This document shows positions 36,241 through 44,960 of a stretch of DNA of 64,000 bases, piece after piece. The DNA lies in contig JBAZVG010000001.1 in assembly GCA_041661005.1 (NCBI GenBank), positions 196,917 through 260,916 on the forward strand, read 5' to 3'. The DNA is from Minisyncoccota bacterium. GTDB lineage: Bacteria; Patescibacteriota; Minisyncoccia; Phycocordibacterales; UBA9973. The notes under the pieces are model-generated. The model saw only the letters and a list, made by a program, of their open reading frames with translations, did no database searches and was not told the DNA's origin. The translations under genes and the position numbers were made by a program. Each line of letters opens with the position of its first letter. The stretch's first letter is position 1.

Positions 36241-36855
36241 TTGGACCTTATTGGACAAAGCTCGAACTCTTTTCGATGAACATCGAAGTGATACGCAGAA
36301 AACGATGCCGATGAACCGACCGGATGATTTCACCGTCGCGCTCGGTGATTTGGATGGGGGCAACCGCAGATGCGCGTTTGAAACGGGGAAGACGATGGGA
36401 TTCCATCCATCCACGGTAACGAAGATCAAGCTCCTAATGTAGGAGGCGGGGTTTGCGCACTGCGCCAAGTCACATAATCTCGGTGATGTTTCAGTATAAT
36501 CATTGGAAGCAAATTGTCACTATTACATTAACACTCTGCAATCCTAGCTTGACGGACAATAGGCACTTACTTACGGATAAACGATAAAAGCCCCTTCGGG
36601 GTGTTGGATGATGAATAATGGATGTTCAAACGCGCCAATATCGTAGCACAAAAAAAACTCCGAATACATACAATGACGTATTCGGAGTCACGCTTTGATA
36701 CAACCAACAGATGCGTGATTCTTGTTGGGCGACCCTTTGGTCCGCTCAAGGCTCGGGTAGATCCAAGAGAAGCCGAGTTAAGACGAGGTTATCCCAGGGA
36801 ACTCGGACTGCTGGGACACACATTATAGCACAGGTAAGTGGCAATGTGTCATCAT

Positions 36856-37581
36856 CTAAACATTGTCGTCTTGATTTAGTCCACCCCTTACCTCCGCTAG
36901 CCTCCGCGACAGAGACAGCAATTCGTCTTCCATTCCAAAATATGACCAGTCCTGAATGTAGCGGGTGTAGAACGAGTAAATGCCAGCACTGAATCCGTTC
37001 AATAGCCTATCCGATATCCACTCATTTCCAAACTCAATACGGAAATCATCGAGAATGTCATCATTCTTGAGTCTTAAGAGTTCCGCAGCTTCGCCTTCAA
37101 CTGCGTCTTGGCACAACGCTAAAACCTCTCGACAGCGTTGCCTGATGTCTAACTGGTGCGTCGGAATACGGGTCCAGTTATGGCGTTCGGAGAGGTGGAG
37201 GTCATCTCTAAAGCATCCAAGGAGTGTATCGTTAGTCGCCAATTCTTCCCAGATCTTCCGGGCTCTTGGAGTGACCGTAATTGCGTCGCCTGGACTCAAT
37301 AAAGATGGTGCATACCCTCTGTCAGATTCAATCAAGCGTTCGGCATATAATTCATCGAGCATGTCGCTCATCTGCTCTGGCTTTTTCGCGAAATAGCTAG
37401 CACCAATTGCATTCATGGCATCCAACGTCCATGGCGACCGTGTGCGCTCTTCAACGAATGGTTCCACCAGTCGGCGATGAGAATGCGGCTGCCACAACGG
37501 CAGCAGATGGGGAATCAACCAGCGCTTGCCACCCGGCCATTTGAGCGGTGGCCGGTTCTCCGTTGTGCTCGTAATCGGCAA
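36856..37581 (-). CDS. Hypothetical protein with an N-terminal remnant of a D12-class (Dam-like) adenine MTase motif
   Basis: PLKWPGGKRWLIPHLLPL....RLVEPFVE matches the Dam N-terminal motif (KWAGGK..L...I......Y.EPF.GGG), but the rest is unrelated. Confidence 0.35.
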   Translation of the reverse strand: MPITSTTENRPPLKWPGGKRWLIPHLLPLWQPHSHRRLVEPFVEERTRSPWTLDAMNAIGASYFAKKPEQMSDMLDELYAERLIESDRGYAPSLLSPGDAITVTPRARKIWEELATNDTLLGCFRDDLHLSERHNWTRIPTHQLDIRQRCREVLALCQDAVEGEAAELLRLKNDDILDDFRIEFGNEWISDRLLNGFSAGIYSFYTRYIQDWSYFGMEDELLSLSRRLAEVRGGLNQDDNV

Positions 37582-37743
37582 GGCTGGAGAGAAGTCACGC
37601 GAGTTGTGACTGACGACAGAAACACGCCTTTGAAATGGGCGTAGATGAGTGCGGCTGCCCGTTCTGCTTTGTGACCATAGGCTCGAACATCGTCCAGTCC
37701 TCTCAGCATTTTAAATGAGAGTGATTACTTGCAATTATCCTTG

Positions 37744-37766
37744 CTTGCAATGAAAAAAATTGCAAG
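37744..37766. promoter_or_regulatory. Dyad CTTGCAAT-N7-ATTGCAAG (plus an extra TTGCAAT half-site at 37729) upstream of an extended -10 (TGATATAAT ~37787-37795) preceding the putative REase gene
   Basis: Read from the sequence. Confidence 0.4.
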
Positions 37767-37801
37767 TTTATAACTTTCTAGGAAAGTGATATAATCCCAA
37801 C

Positions 37802-38638
37802 ATGTCTAGTAATTTAATCGGAAAAACAGAAGCTATCAATTTTCTTAATGTATCAGAAAAAGATTTTAAAAATTACCATGAATCTAGTAAAGAAATAGAA
37901 GGTCAAAAAATATCAGGAAGATGGTATTTTGATAAACAAAAATTAGAAGAATGGAAAAAATTAAAGGGAGAAAGAACCATATTTTTAACTATTAGTGAAT
38001 ATGAAAAATGTTTTCAATTTGCAATTAAAATGGTTTATGGAGGACTTTCTCTTAATGGAATAAGAGGACAAAGAACAGAGGTTCAAGCAGCAGACGATGT
38101 TATTTTAGGAATTCTTGCAGAACATGCTGTTAAGAATTTTCTAAAAAATAAATTCTCAATCGAAATAGAATTAGACGAAGAAGTTCACCCAGAACGTATT
38201 ACCCCTCAAGACTTTGATAAAATCAAGGTAAATAATGTTTTCAAAACACCTAAAATAGGTGTGGGTATCAAAGCAAGTAAAATGAAAAACGCCTTTTTGG
38301 TTTTAGGAGGTAATGAAGTAGACCTCAAGGAAAGAAGAAGTGATGTTTATGTATTTGCCAGAGTAGGTTTACCAAGCGACCACTTATTTAGGATTTTACG
38401 AGACCATTCATTCTTTAAACAAGTAAGAGAATTTATGGATAAAGATAAAAAATTTAGAAAAATAGAATTACTAAAACCAATTCCAATATGGATATGTGGT
38501 TTTACATACAAAGAAGAGTTAGAAAAAGTAACTGAAATTCCGGGTCAAGAATTTGCAAATGGGTATAGATATGTTAAGTCTGTAAGTAAACTTCACAACT
38601 CAGACCAAGACTGGAAAAATCTTATAAAAAAACTTTAA
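37802..38638 (+). CDS. Putative type II restriction endonuclease with N-terminal excisionase/MerR-type HTH (HTH_17-like)
   Basis: Convergent with and abutting a C5-MTase gene (2-nt gap). N-terminus LNVSEKDFKNYHES..ISGRWYFDKQKLEEWKK matches the (G)RW.F....L..W pattern. No clear PD-(D/E)xK motif could be assigned by eye. Confidence 0.5.
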   Translation: MSSNLIGKTEAINFLNVSEKDFKNYHESSKEIEGQKISGRWYFDKQKLEEWKKLKGERTIFLTISEYEKCFQFAIKMVYGGLSLNGIRGQRTEVQAADDVILGILAEHAVKNFLKNKFSIEIELDEEVHPERITPQDFDKIKVNNVFKTPKIGVGIKASKMKNAFLVLGGNEVDLKERRSDVYVFARVGLPSDHLFRILRDHSFFKQVREFMDKDKKFRKIELLKPIPIWICGFTYKEELEKVTEIPGQEFANGYRYVKSVSKLHNSDQDWKNLIKKL

Positions 38639-38639
38639 T

Positions 38640-39647
38640 CTAGTATGCCATGGCTAGGGACAACCTAGGTTGTGTAGCTTGTTGCGTTTGTCCATTCAGC
38701 ACCTCCTGAATATTGTTCGCAATTCTACCAATGACAGAAATACTTACGGAATTACCGAATTGTTTATATAAATGTGAATCTGAAATATTTGGTAATTTAT
38801 AGGAATTAGGAAAACCTTGTAGGCGAGCACATTCTCTTGGTGTTAACTTTCGTATACCACGAGAATCCCTTACTAAGGGGACATTATGACCTCCTGTACC
38901 CATATTTGCAGTTAAAGTAGGACATACTCCACTTTTATTATGTCTTATATATTGTCGTCTCCATTGATAGACATCTCCAATTTCAAAATCGTACTTTTTT
39001 AACTTTTCAAACAAAGGTTTGTCGTTATAATAGTATTTCTGATCAATAAATTCTGGCTTTTCCAAAATATCTAAAACAGTTTTATTTCTTTCAATTTTTT
39101 CAGGAAATTCAAAACTATTAATATATCCAGTATCTTTTCTAAAACCAACAATATATATCCGCTCTCTGTTTTGGGGAACATTCCCATAATGCATACTATT
39201 TAATATTTCAGCTTTAACATCATAACCAAGCTCATCCAATGTTTTCAGAATGACACGAAATGTATTTCCATTATCATGATTATAAAGATTTTTTACATTT
39301 TCTAAAAGAAAGCCAATGGGTTTTCTTTCATCAATTATTCTTGCAACATCAAAAAATAAATTACCCCTGTCATCTTTAAATCCATGACGATAACCAGCAA
39401 TAGAAAATGCCTGACATGGGAATCCACCCAATAAAAAATCAAATTGGGGTAAATCACTAATTTTAATTTTTCTTATATCCTCAACAGTTAAAGCTGTATC
39501 TTTAAAATTTAGATCGTAAGTATCTTTGCATTTAGGTTCAAAATCATTAGCAAAGACTGTATTAAAGCCAGCTTTTTCAAAGCCAATTCTTATACCTCCG
39601 ACTCCCGCAAATAAGTCTATTGTTCTATATTTTTTTACATTTGCCAT
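38640..39647 (-). CDS. DNA (cytosine-5)-methyltransferase
   Basis: Motifs I DLFAGVGG, IV GFPCQAFS, VI ENVKNL, VIII QNRERIYIVG, X RKLTPRECARLQGFP. Confidence 0.9.
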   Translation of the reverse strand: MANVKKYRTIDLFAGVGGIRIGFEKAGFNTVFANDFEPKCKDTYDLNFKDTALTVEDIRKIKISDLPQFDFLLGGFPCQAFSIAGYRHGFKDDRGNLFFDVARIIDERKPIGFLLENVKNLYNHDNGNTFRVILKTLDELGYDVKAEILNSMHYGNVPQNRERIYIVGFRKDTGYINSFEFPEKIERNKTVLDILEKPEFIDQKYYYNDKPLFEKLKKYDFEIGDVYQWRRQYIRHNKSGVCPTLTANMGTGGHNVPLVRDSRGIRKLTPRECARLQGFPNSYKLPNISDSHLYKQFGNSVSISVIGRIANNIQEVLNGQTQQATQPRLSLAMAY

Positions 39648-39718
39648 TGATTATAATTATAACATTATCCCTTTAAAAAAGCAGCAATCAACTTTTACAG
39701 TTATGTTATAATGCTTTT

Positions 39719-40084
39719 ATGAGTGATGAAGAGAATAGTATAAATAGACTAGGCATTGACCAGACTAGTTTGGGGAAACTAAAACCTGAAGATCTTAATA
39801 ATGCAAAAACTGCTGGAATGGTTTTAAATTACTTAACCTCTCTAGAGTCTGAAAATACTCAACTTAAAACAAAAAATGAAACCTTGAGTACTTATGTGAG
39901 TAGTTATAATAATCAAAAAAATAATTCAAAAATTGCTGCAACTTTATCTTTAATTTCAGTTGTCTCTATTGGTTTTGCAATAAATATTCTTACAAGTGAT
40001 AGTAAAAATTATGGAGGTTATATACTTTTAATCATTGGTATTGTGCTGCAGTTATATAGTACCTATTTAACTTATAAAGAATGA
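39719..40084 (+). CDS. Hypothetical membrane protein (2 C-terminal TM)
   Basis: ORF only. Confidence 0.35.
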   Translation: MSDEENSINRLGIDQTSLGKLKPEDLNNAKTAGMVLNYLTSLESENTQLKTKNETLSTYVSSYNNQKNNSKIAATLSLISVVSIGFAINILTSDSKNYGGYILLIIGIVLQLYSTYLTYKE

Positions 40085-40386
40085 GATATATTTTTAATAC
40101 ATCAGGTGAATACGTGGCCTTTATTTCAGGAGATAATTTATTTAATCTGAACTGCGATTGGATTGGTTTTATTTTAAACGGCAATGAAGTTTATTCATCA
40201 AACGATTTATCTTTTATTGGCTATATTAGTGCAGATGATAGAATCTTAGGTAAAAGAAATGATTTACGTAAACTTCGTCCATTACGACCACTTCGTCCAT
40301 TACGACCACTTCGTCCATTACGACCACTTCGCAGACTAAGAATGCTTAGAGTGCCTTATCCATGGTTTGATGTGTTTGAAAAATAA
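40081..40386 (+). CDS. Hypothetical protein with (LRP)n tandem repeat
   Basis: The ORF contains RKLRPLRPLRPLRPLRPLRRLRMLR, encoded by a 9/18-bp DNA tandem repeat (40272-40335). Confidence 0.3.
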   Translation: MRYIFNTSGEYVAFISGDNLFNLNCDWIGFILNGNEVYSSNDLSFIGYISADDRILGKRNDLRKLRPLRPLRPLRPLRPLRPLRRLRMLRVPYPWFDVFEK

Positions 40387-40476
40387 TATATTACGGTTCC
40401 CACGTCGCACCAAACACCAAGCCAGCAAAAATTTTTATAAAATTTTATGTAACAATTCTATTTCTAAAACGTCTAT

Positions 40477-40962
40477 ATGATTATGAAAAACAATTTAAAA
40501 ATAATTATGGTAGTACTCGTTTTAACTATTGTTGGTATTTTTATCTATTATTACAAAACAAAACCTACACCTATCAATGAAGAAGTTCCAATAGTAACAG
40601 AAGACTCAATAAAAGGTTGCTATGTGGCCAAACTTGCGAAGGATATTTATACTCTCACTATTTCGTCTCAAAGTGGTGAATCCTTTGAGGGTAAACTTTC
40701 GTTTAAGAATTTTGAAAAAGACAGCTCAAGCGGTACATACAAAGGCACATATAAAGATGGAATTCTTTTAGGAAACTATTCTTTCCAATCCGAAGGAATG
40801 TTTTCTGTTATGCAGGTGATATTTAAAAAGTCGGGAAATGGTTTTGTTCGAGGATACGGAGATACGATTCAAGGAGGAACTCGTTTTGTTGACATAAACA
40901 AGATTACCTATGATTTATCTTATGTGTTCGAAACATCCACAGAGTGTATAATTACTAATTAA
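40477..40962 (+). CDS. Membrane-anchored hypothetical protein (N-terminal TM, Gly/Ser-rich ectodomain)
   Basis: ORF only. Confidence 0.4.
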   Translation: MIMKNNLKIIMVVLVLTIVGIFIYYYKTKPTPINEEVPIVTEDSIKGCYVAKLAKDIYTLTISSQSGESFEGKLSFKNFEKDSSSGTYKGTYKDGILLGNYSFQSEGMFSVMQVIFKKSGNGFVRGYGDTIQGGTRFVDINKITYDLSYVFETSTECIITN

Positions 40963-40969
40963 TTAAATT

Positions 40970-41590
40970 ATGAAAAACAAAACACAAATATTTTATATGC
41001 ATGGCGGAATGACCTTTAAAAATAGAAAGGATTATTTGTCTTATCTAAAAAACAAGAAAATTTCGACTGAAAAGAAAATAAGGTGGAGTGATGATTATTT
41101 AGATAAAGAATTAGGTAAAAATTTTGAAATCATTAGGCCGAGAATGCCTTTACAGGAAGATGCCAAGTATGAAGATTGGAAAATATTTTTTGAAAGATAC
41201 TTTCCTTTTTTAAGAAATAATCTAATTTTGATTGGTGCTTCTTTGGGTGGAATTTTTTTAGCAAAATATTTATCTGAACATAAATTCCCAAAAAAGATAT
41301 TATCGACATATTTAATTTGTCCGCCTTTTGACGATACAGTTATGGGAGAGGATTTAGTTGGGGGATTTAAACTTAAATCTAACTTATCTTTACTTGAGAA
41401 AAATGCAGGGAATCTTTATTTATTATTTTCTAAAGACGATGATATTGTTCCTGTGTCTCATGCTAAAAAATATGAAGGAAAATTAAAAAACGCAAAAATA
41501 ATAATCTATAAAAGTAAAAACGGACACTTTAAAATATCTAAGTTTCCAGAAGTTGTGAAGATGATAAAAAGTGATTTTAAGAAAATGTGA
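40970..41590 (+). CDS. Alpha/beta-hydrolase-fold serine hydrolase (GASLGG nucleophile elbow)
   Basis: LILIGASLGGIF matches a GxSxG motif; ~200 aa hydrolase with downstream Asp/His candidates. Confidence 0.55.
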   Translation: MKNKTQIFYMHGGMTFKNRKDYLSYLKNKKISTEKKIRWSDDYLDKELGKNFEIIRPRMPLQEDAKYEDWKIFFERYFPFLRNNLILIGASLGGIFLAKYLSEHKFPKKILSTYLICPPFDDTVMGEDLVGGFKLKSNLSLLEKNAGNLYLLFSKDDDIVPVSHAKKYEGKLKNAKIIIYKSKNGHFKISKFPEVVKMIKSDFKKM

Positions 41591-41949
41591 TTGCGTGAAT
41601 TATCAAGACGTCAAAATTTAAATAAAAAATGAAGAGGGCGCCCCGTAGTGACGAGGCGCCTCTTGTAATTTGGGCGGTGGGATTATGCCCAGATGAACCT
41701 CCTTTTGCGGAAGGTCGCAAAAATTCTTCTCAGAGGCTGTTTTCTGAAGTGATCCAGCCTGAGTTGCCGGACCGTGTTATCTTCACGATTTGCAATCTGA
41801 TGGTTCTGATTACTTTTCATGCTATCTATACTTGGGTTGTTGTGGTTTTCTGACTGTAACCGTCTTCACAAGAAGAGCGATTCAAACAAATTATATAATT
41901 TTATTAGAAAAAAGCAAGGTACTACTAAATCTCTAGAAATACACTCAGC

Positions 41950-42270
41950 TTGAAAGTCTGCTATAATGGAAATATGAAAAAACCATTTTATTTTGCGGGG
42001 GTGGCAGTGGCATATATTGTGTTGATAGTTTCGGGTATCAATTTTATGGGCAACATTATGCAAAATCAAGAGGAAACAATATTCATCCCGATGGCTATGT
42101 TAAGTCTGTTTGTATTATCAGCCGCAATTATGGGATTTTTATTTTTATCTGAACCTCTACAGCTACTTATAGAAAATCGAAGGCAAGAAGCTGTCGTTTT
42201 CTTTGCTAAAATTGTGGGGATTTTTGCTTGTTTTGTGGCTATTTTTACAATTTTACTTTTTTTGTTTTAA
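41950..42270 (+). CDS. Small integral membrane protein (3 TM), hypothetical
   Basis: ORF only. Confidence 0.4.
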   Translation: MKVCYNGNMKKPFYFAGVAVAYIVLIVSGINFMGNIMQNQEETIFIPMAMLSLFVLSAAIMGFLFLSEPLQLLIENRRQEAVVFFAKIVGIFACFVAIFTILLFLF

Positions 42271-42293
42271 TTTCATTTTGATAGAATCATTTC

Positions 42294-42968
42294 ATGAGTA
42301 TGGATATCAAAATCACAAGTGAGGTTGAGATGGTGGCGGGATTCATTGCAAATAAAATTATAAATCAAATCGATCTAGGTAAAAAAGTTTTGTTTTTTGC
42401 GTCGGGTGGTTCAGCTATCGCTGTGACATCCGAGATGGCAAAAATTATTAAGCAACATTCGCATCAAAATTTAACTGTCATACTTGCTGACGAACGTTTT
42501 GGATCAATTGGTCATAAAGATTCAAATTGGCAACAACTTTTGGATAAAGGTTTTGATTTGCCACAGGCGAAACTTATACCCATAATAACCGGAAAAGATA
42601 TTATCGAGACAACACAAGAATTCAACGTTACGCTTGAAAAAGAATTGAAAAAGGCAGATTATAAGATTGGCTTGTTCGGGGTAGGTAAAGATGGACATAC
42701 AGCAGGTATATTGCGGAACAGTGAGGCTGTAAAGAGCCAAAATTGGGCTTGTAGCCATGTTGTGCCACCATTTGAACGTGTCACCATAACAACCAAAACA
42801 ATACTGAAATTAGACGAAGCAGTGCTTTGGGCGCAAGGTAATGAAAAATGGAAAATTATAGAAGAGCTACGTGATGATGATATCGATATAAATACACAGC
42901 CAGCGCAAATTTTGAAAAAGGTTCCAATATTAACAATATTTACAGATTATCCCGGTAGTAGAGTATAG
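42294..42968 (+). CDS. pgl: 6-phosphogluconolactonase
   Basis: FFASGGSA ... LADERF ... GVGKDGHTAG match Pgl/NagB-family motifs; lies in an operon with gnd and zwf. Confidence 0.75.
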   Translation: MSMDIKITSEVEMVAGFIANKIINQIDLGKKVLFFASGGSAIAVTSEMAKIIKQHSHQNLTVILADERFGSIGHKDSNWQQLLDKGFDLPQAKLIPIITGKDIIETTQEFNVTLEKELKKADYKIGLFGVGKDGHTAGILRNSEAVKSQNWACSHVVPPFERVTITTKTILKLDEAVLWAQGNEKWKIIEELRDDDIDINTQPAQILKKVPILTIFTDYPGSRV

Positions 42969-42999
42969 CTCGCTACGGGACAGGTAAAAAATAAAAATT

Positions 43000-43908
43000 A
43001 TGAAAATAGCAATCACTGGTTTAGGAAGAATGGGGAAGCAAATTGCAAAAAAGCTTCATGAAGATGGATTTGAAGTTATCGTTCACAACAGAAGTCAAAG
43101 TTCCATTGAAGAAATGAAATTATTGGGAATGACTCCGGCTTACACAAAAGAGGAAGTGGTAAATTTATTTAAAAAAGAACGTGTCATCATTTGGATGATG
43201 GTTCCATCGGATGCAGTAGATCAAGAATTAAATGAGTGGCTTAAAATTATTCCCAAAAACAGTATTTTGATTGATGGAGGAAATTCAGATTTTCGTCTTA
43301 CAAAAAAAAGGGCTTTGAGGGTTTTGAAAATGGGTTCTACTTTGCTCGATGTTGGGACTAGTGGGGGAATCTGGGGTTATAAAAATGGATTTTCGATGAT
43401 GGTGGGTGGAGACAAAGAATCATTTAAAAAAATAGAGCCTATCTTGAAAACATTAGCCAAGCCAGAAGGCGCGTATTTTCATTTTGGAGAAAGTGGCGCC
43501 GGGCATTATGTAAAAATGACACATAATGCTATCGAATACGGCATGATGGAGTCTTTAGCAGAAGGGTATAGATTATTAAAAGAAGGGCCATATAAAAAGA
43601 TAAATTTAGCGGAAGCTGGAGATGTTTGGCAACATCATAGTGTCGTTACTTCGTGGCTCAATGAGCTGACACGTGATGCATTAAAAGAAAATCCGGAATT
43701 AAAAGGGATAGAAGGATTCGTAGCAGAGAGTGGCGAGGCGCGCTGGGCGTTAGAGACTGCAAGGAAATTAAAAATAGAAACGCCTTCAATCAGCGCGGCG
43801 TTTGGTGTGCGAGTCGCTTCTCAAAAAGGTAAGGTTAATTTTACCACAAAACTTCTAGCTGCTATGCGCAATTCTTTTGGCGGGCACAATATAAATAAAA
43901 ATAAATGA
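43000..43908 (+). CDS. gnd: 6-phosphogluconate dehydrogenase (decarboxylating), short ~300-aa form
   Basis: N-terminal Rossmann MKIAITGLGRMGKQIAKKL ... NRS and the GGNS..... substrate-binding region. Confidence 0.8.
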   Translation: MKIAITGLGRMGKQIAKKLHEDGFEVIVHNRSQSSIEEMKLLGMTPAYTKEEVVNLFKKERVIIWMMVPSDAVDQELNEWLKIIPKNSILIDGGNSDFRLTKKRALRVLKMGSTLLDVGTSGGIWGYKNGFSMMVGGDKESFKKIEPILKTLAKPEGAYFHFGESGAGHYVKMTHNAIEYGMMESLAEGYRLLKEGPYKKINLAEAGDVWQHHSVVTSWLNELTRDALKENPELKGIEGFVAESGEARWALETARKLKIETPSISAAFGVRVASQKGKVNFTTKLLAAMRNSFGGHNINKNK

Positions 43909-44945
43909 GAAAAAGTGAAGCAACTTATATAATTTTCGGAGCCTCCGGAGATTTATCCAGACGTTATTTAATGCCAGCTATCAAGCAGGTAAAGGCTTTG
44001 AACCATGAAGGCGCTGTCGTTCATGTTTCTCGTAAAGATTACAGAAATTTAAAAAATTTAATTACCGGGAAGGGAGAGAAAATATTCCATTTAGCCATTC
44101 CGCCAGAGGCGGTATCGGGTGTTATCGAAATAATCAGCAACAACTTTGGTAAGGACGATATAAAAATAATGCTTGAAAAACCTTTCGGTAAAGATTTAAA
44201 ATCTGCGCAGAGTTTGGTAGAAAGTATTGATAGATATTTCCTTGAAGATCAGATTTATAGAGTGGATCATTATTTAGCGAAAAGATCGATGCAAAAAGTA
44301 ATAGAGGAAAAATGGAGAAAAGAAAATATTGCCAATATTGAAATAATCGCTAGTGAAAAAATAGATATAGAGGGACGGGCTAATTTTTATGAGCAGACTG
44401 GGGCGTTAAAAGATTTTGTGCAAAGCCATCTTCTTGAAATGCTCTCGGTGGTTCTCTCTGGAAGTTTCGAAACCGTCCGCCGTTATAACGCATTAAAAAA
44501 TTTAGAGGTTGTCTGCGATGTTACGAGTCACGAATGTGTAAAAAGGGGTCAATATGAGGGGTATCGTGACGAAGTAAGTAATATGACCAGCATGACGGAA
44601 ACTTTTGTTTCAATTAATCTAGTATCAAATGATCCAGTTTGGCGCGGAGTGTCCATGACTCTTTCGACCGGTAAAGCCATGAGTGAGAAATTGACGCAAA
44701 TAAAAATTAAATATAGAGACGGTAGCAAGAAAATTTTTAATATTGAACATGAACCAGATGCTTATGAGAGAGTTATCTCTGCCGCAATATTAAGGAATCA
44801 TGATTTATTTATATCAAGCGGGGAAGTATTAGAAACTTGGAGAATTTTAGACGCCATACAGAAAACTTGGGAAAAACATCAGGATGATCTAATAATTTAC
44901 AAAAAGGGTAGCGCGATCGATGAAGTGATAAATGCTCACATTTAG
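43905..44945 (+). CDS. zwf: Glucose-6-phosphate 1-dehydrogenase (compact form)
   Basis: IIFGASGDLSRRYLMPA (compare FGATGDLA.RKL.PA), EKPFGKDLKSAQSL, YRVDHYLAKRSMQ (compare RIDHYLGKE). Start overlaps the gnd stop. Confidence 0.75.
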   Translation: MRKSEATYIIFGASGDLSRRYLMPAIKQVKALNHEGAVVHVSRKDYRNLKNLITGKGEKIFHLAIPPEAVSGVIEIISNNFGKDDIKIMLEKPFGKDLKSAQSLVESIDRYFLEDQIYRVDHYLAKRSMQKVIEEKWRKENIANIEIIASEKIDIEGRANFYEQTGALKDFVQSHLLEMLSVVLSGSFETVRRYNALKNLEVVCDVTSHECVKRGQYEGYRDEVSNMTSMTETFVSINLVSNDPVWRGVSMTLSTGKAMSEKLTQIKIKYRDGSKKIFNIEHEPDAYERVISAAILRNHDLFISSGEVLETWRILDAIQKTWEKHQDDLIIYKKGSAIDEVINAHI

Positions 44946-44960
44946 TGCTACAATATAGGA

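Noticed and set aside
37681-37705. Right-hand att repeat of the tRNA-Gln island (GGCTCGAACATCGTCCAGTCC versus the tRNA 3' half GGTTCGAGTCCAAGTCCCCC)
   Set aside because: There is only a loose resemblance. I could not identify a convincing direct repeat by eye, so the island's right boundary is set by GC content only.
40272-40335. Possible CRISPR array
   Set aside because: The repeats are 18 bp and directly contiguous with no spacers, and they lie inside an ORF. This is a simple tandem repeat, not CRISPR.
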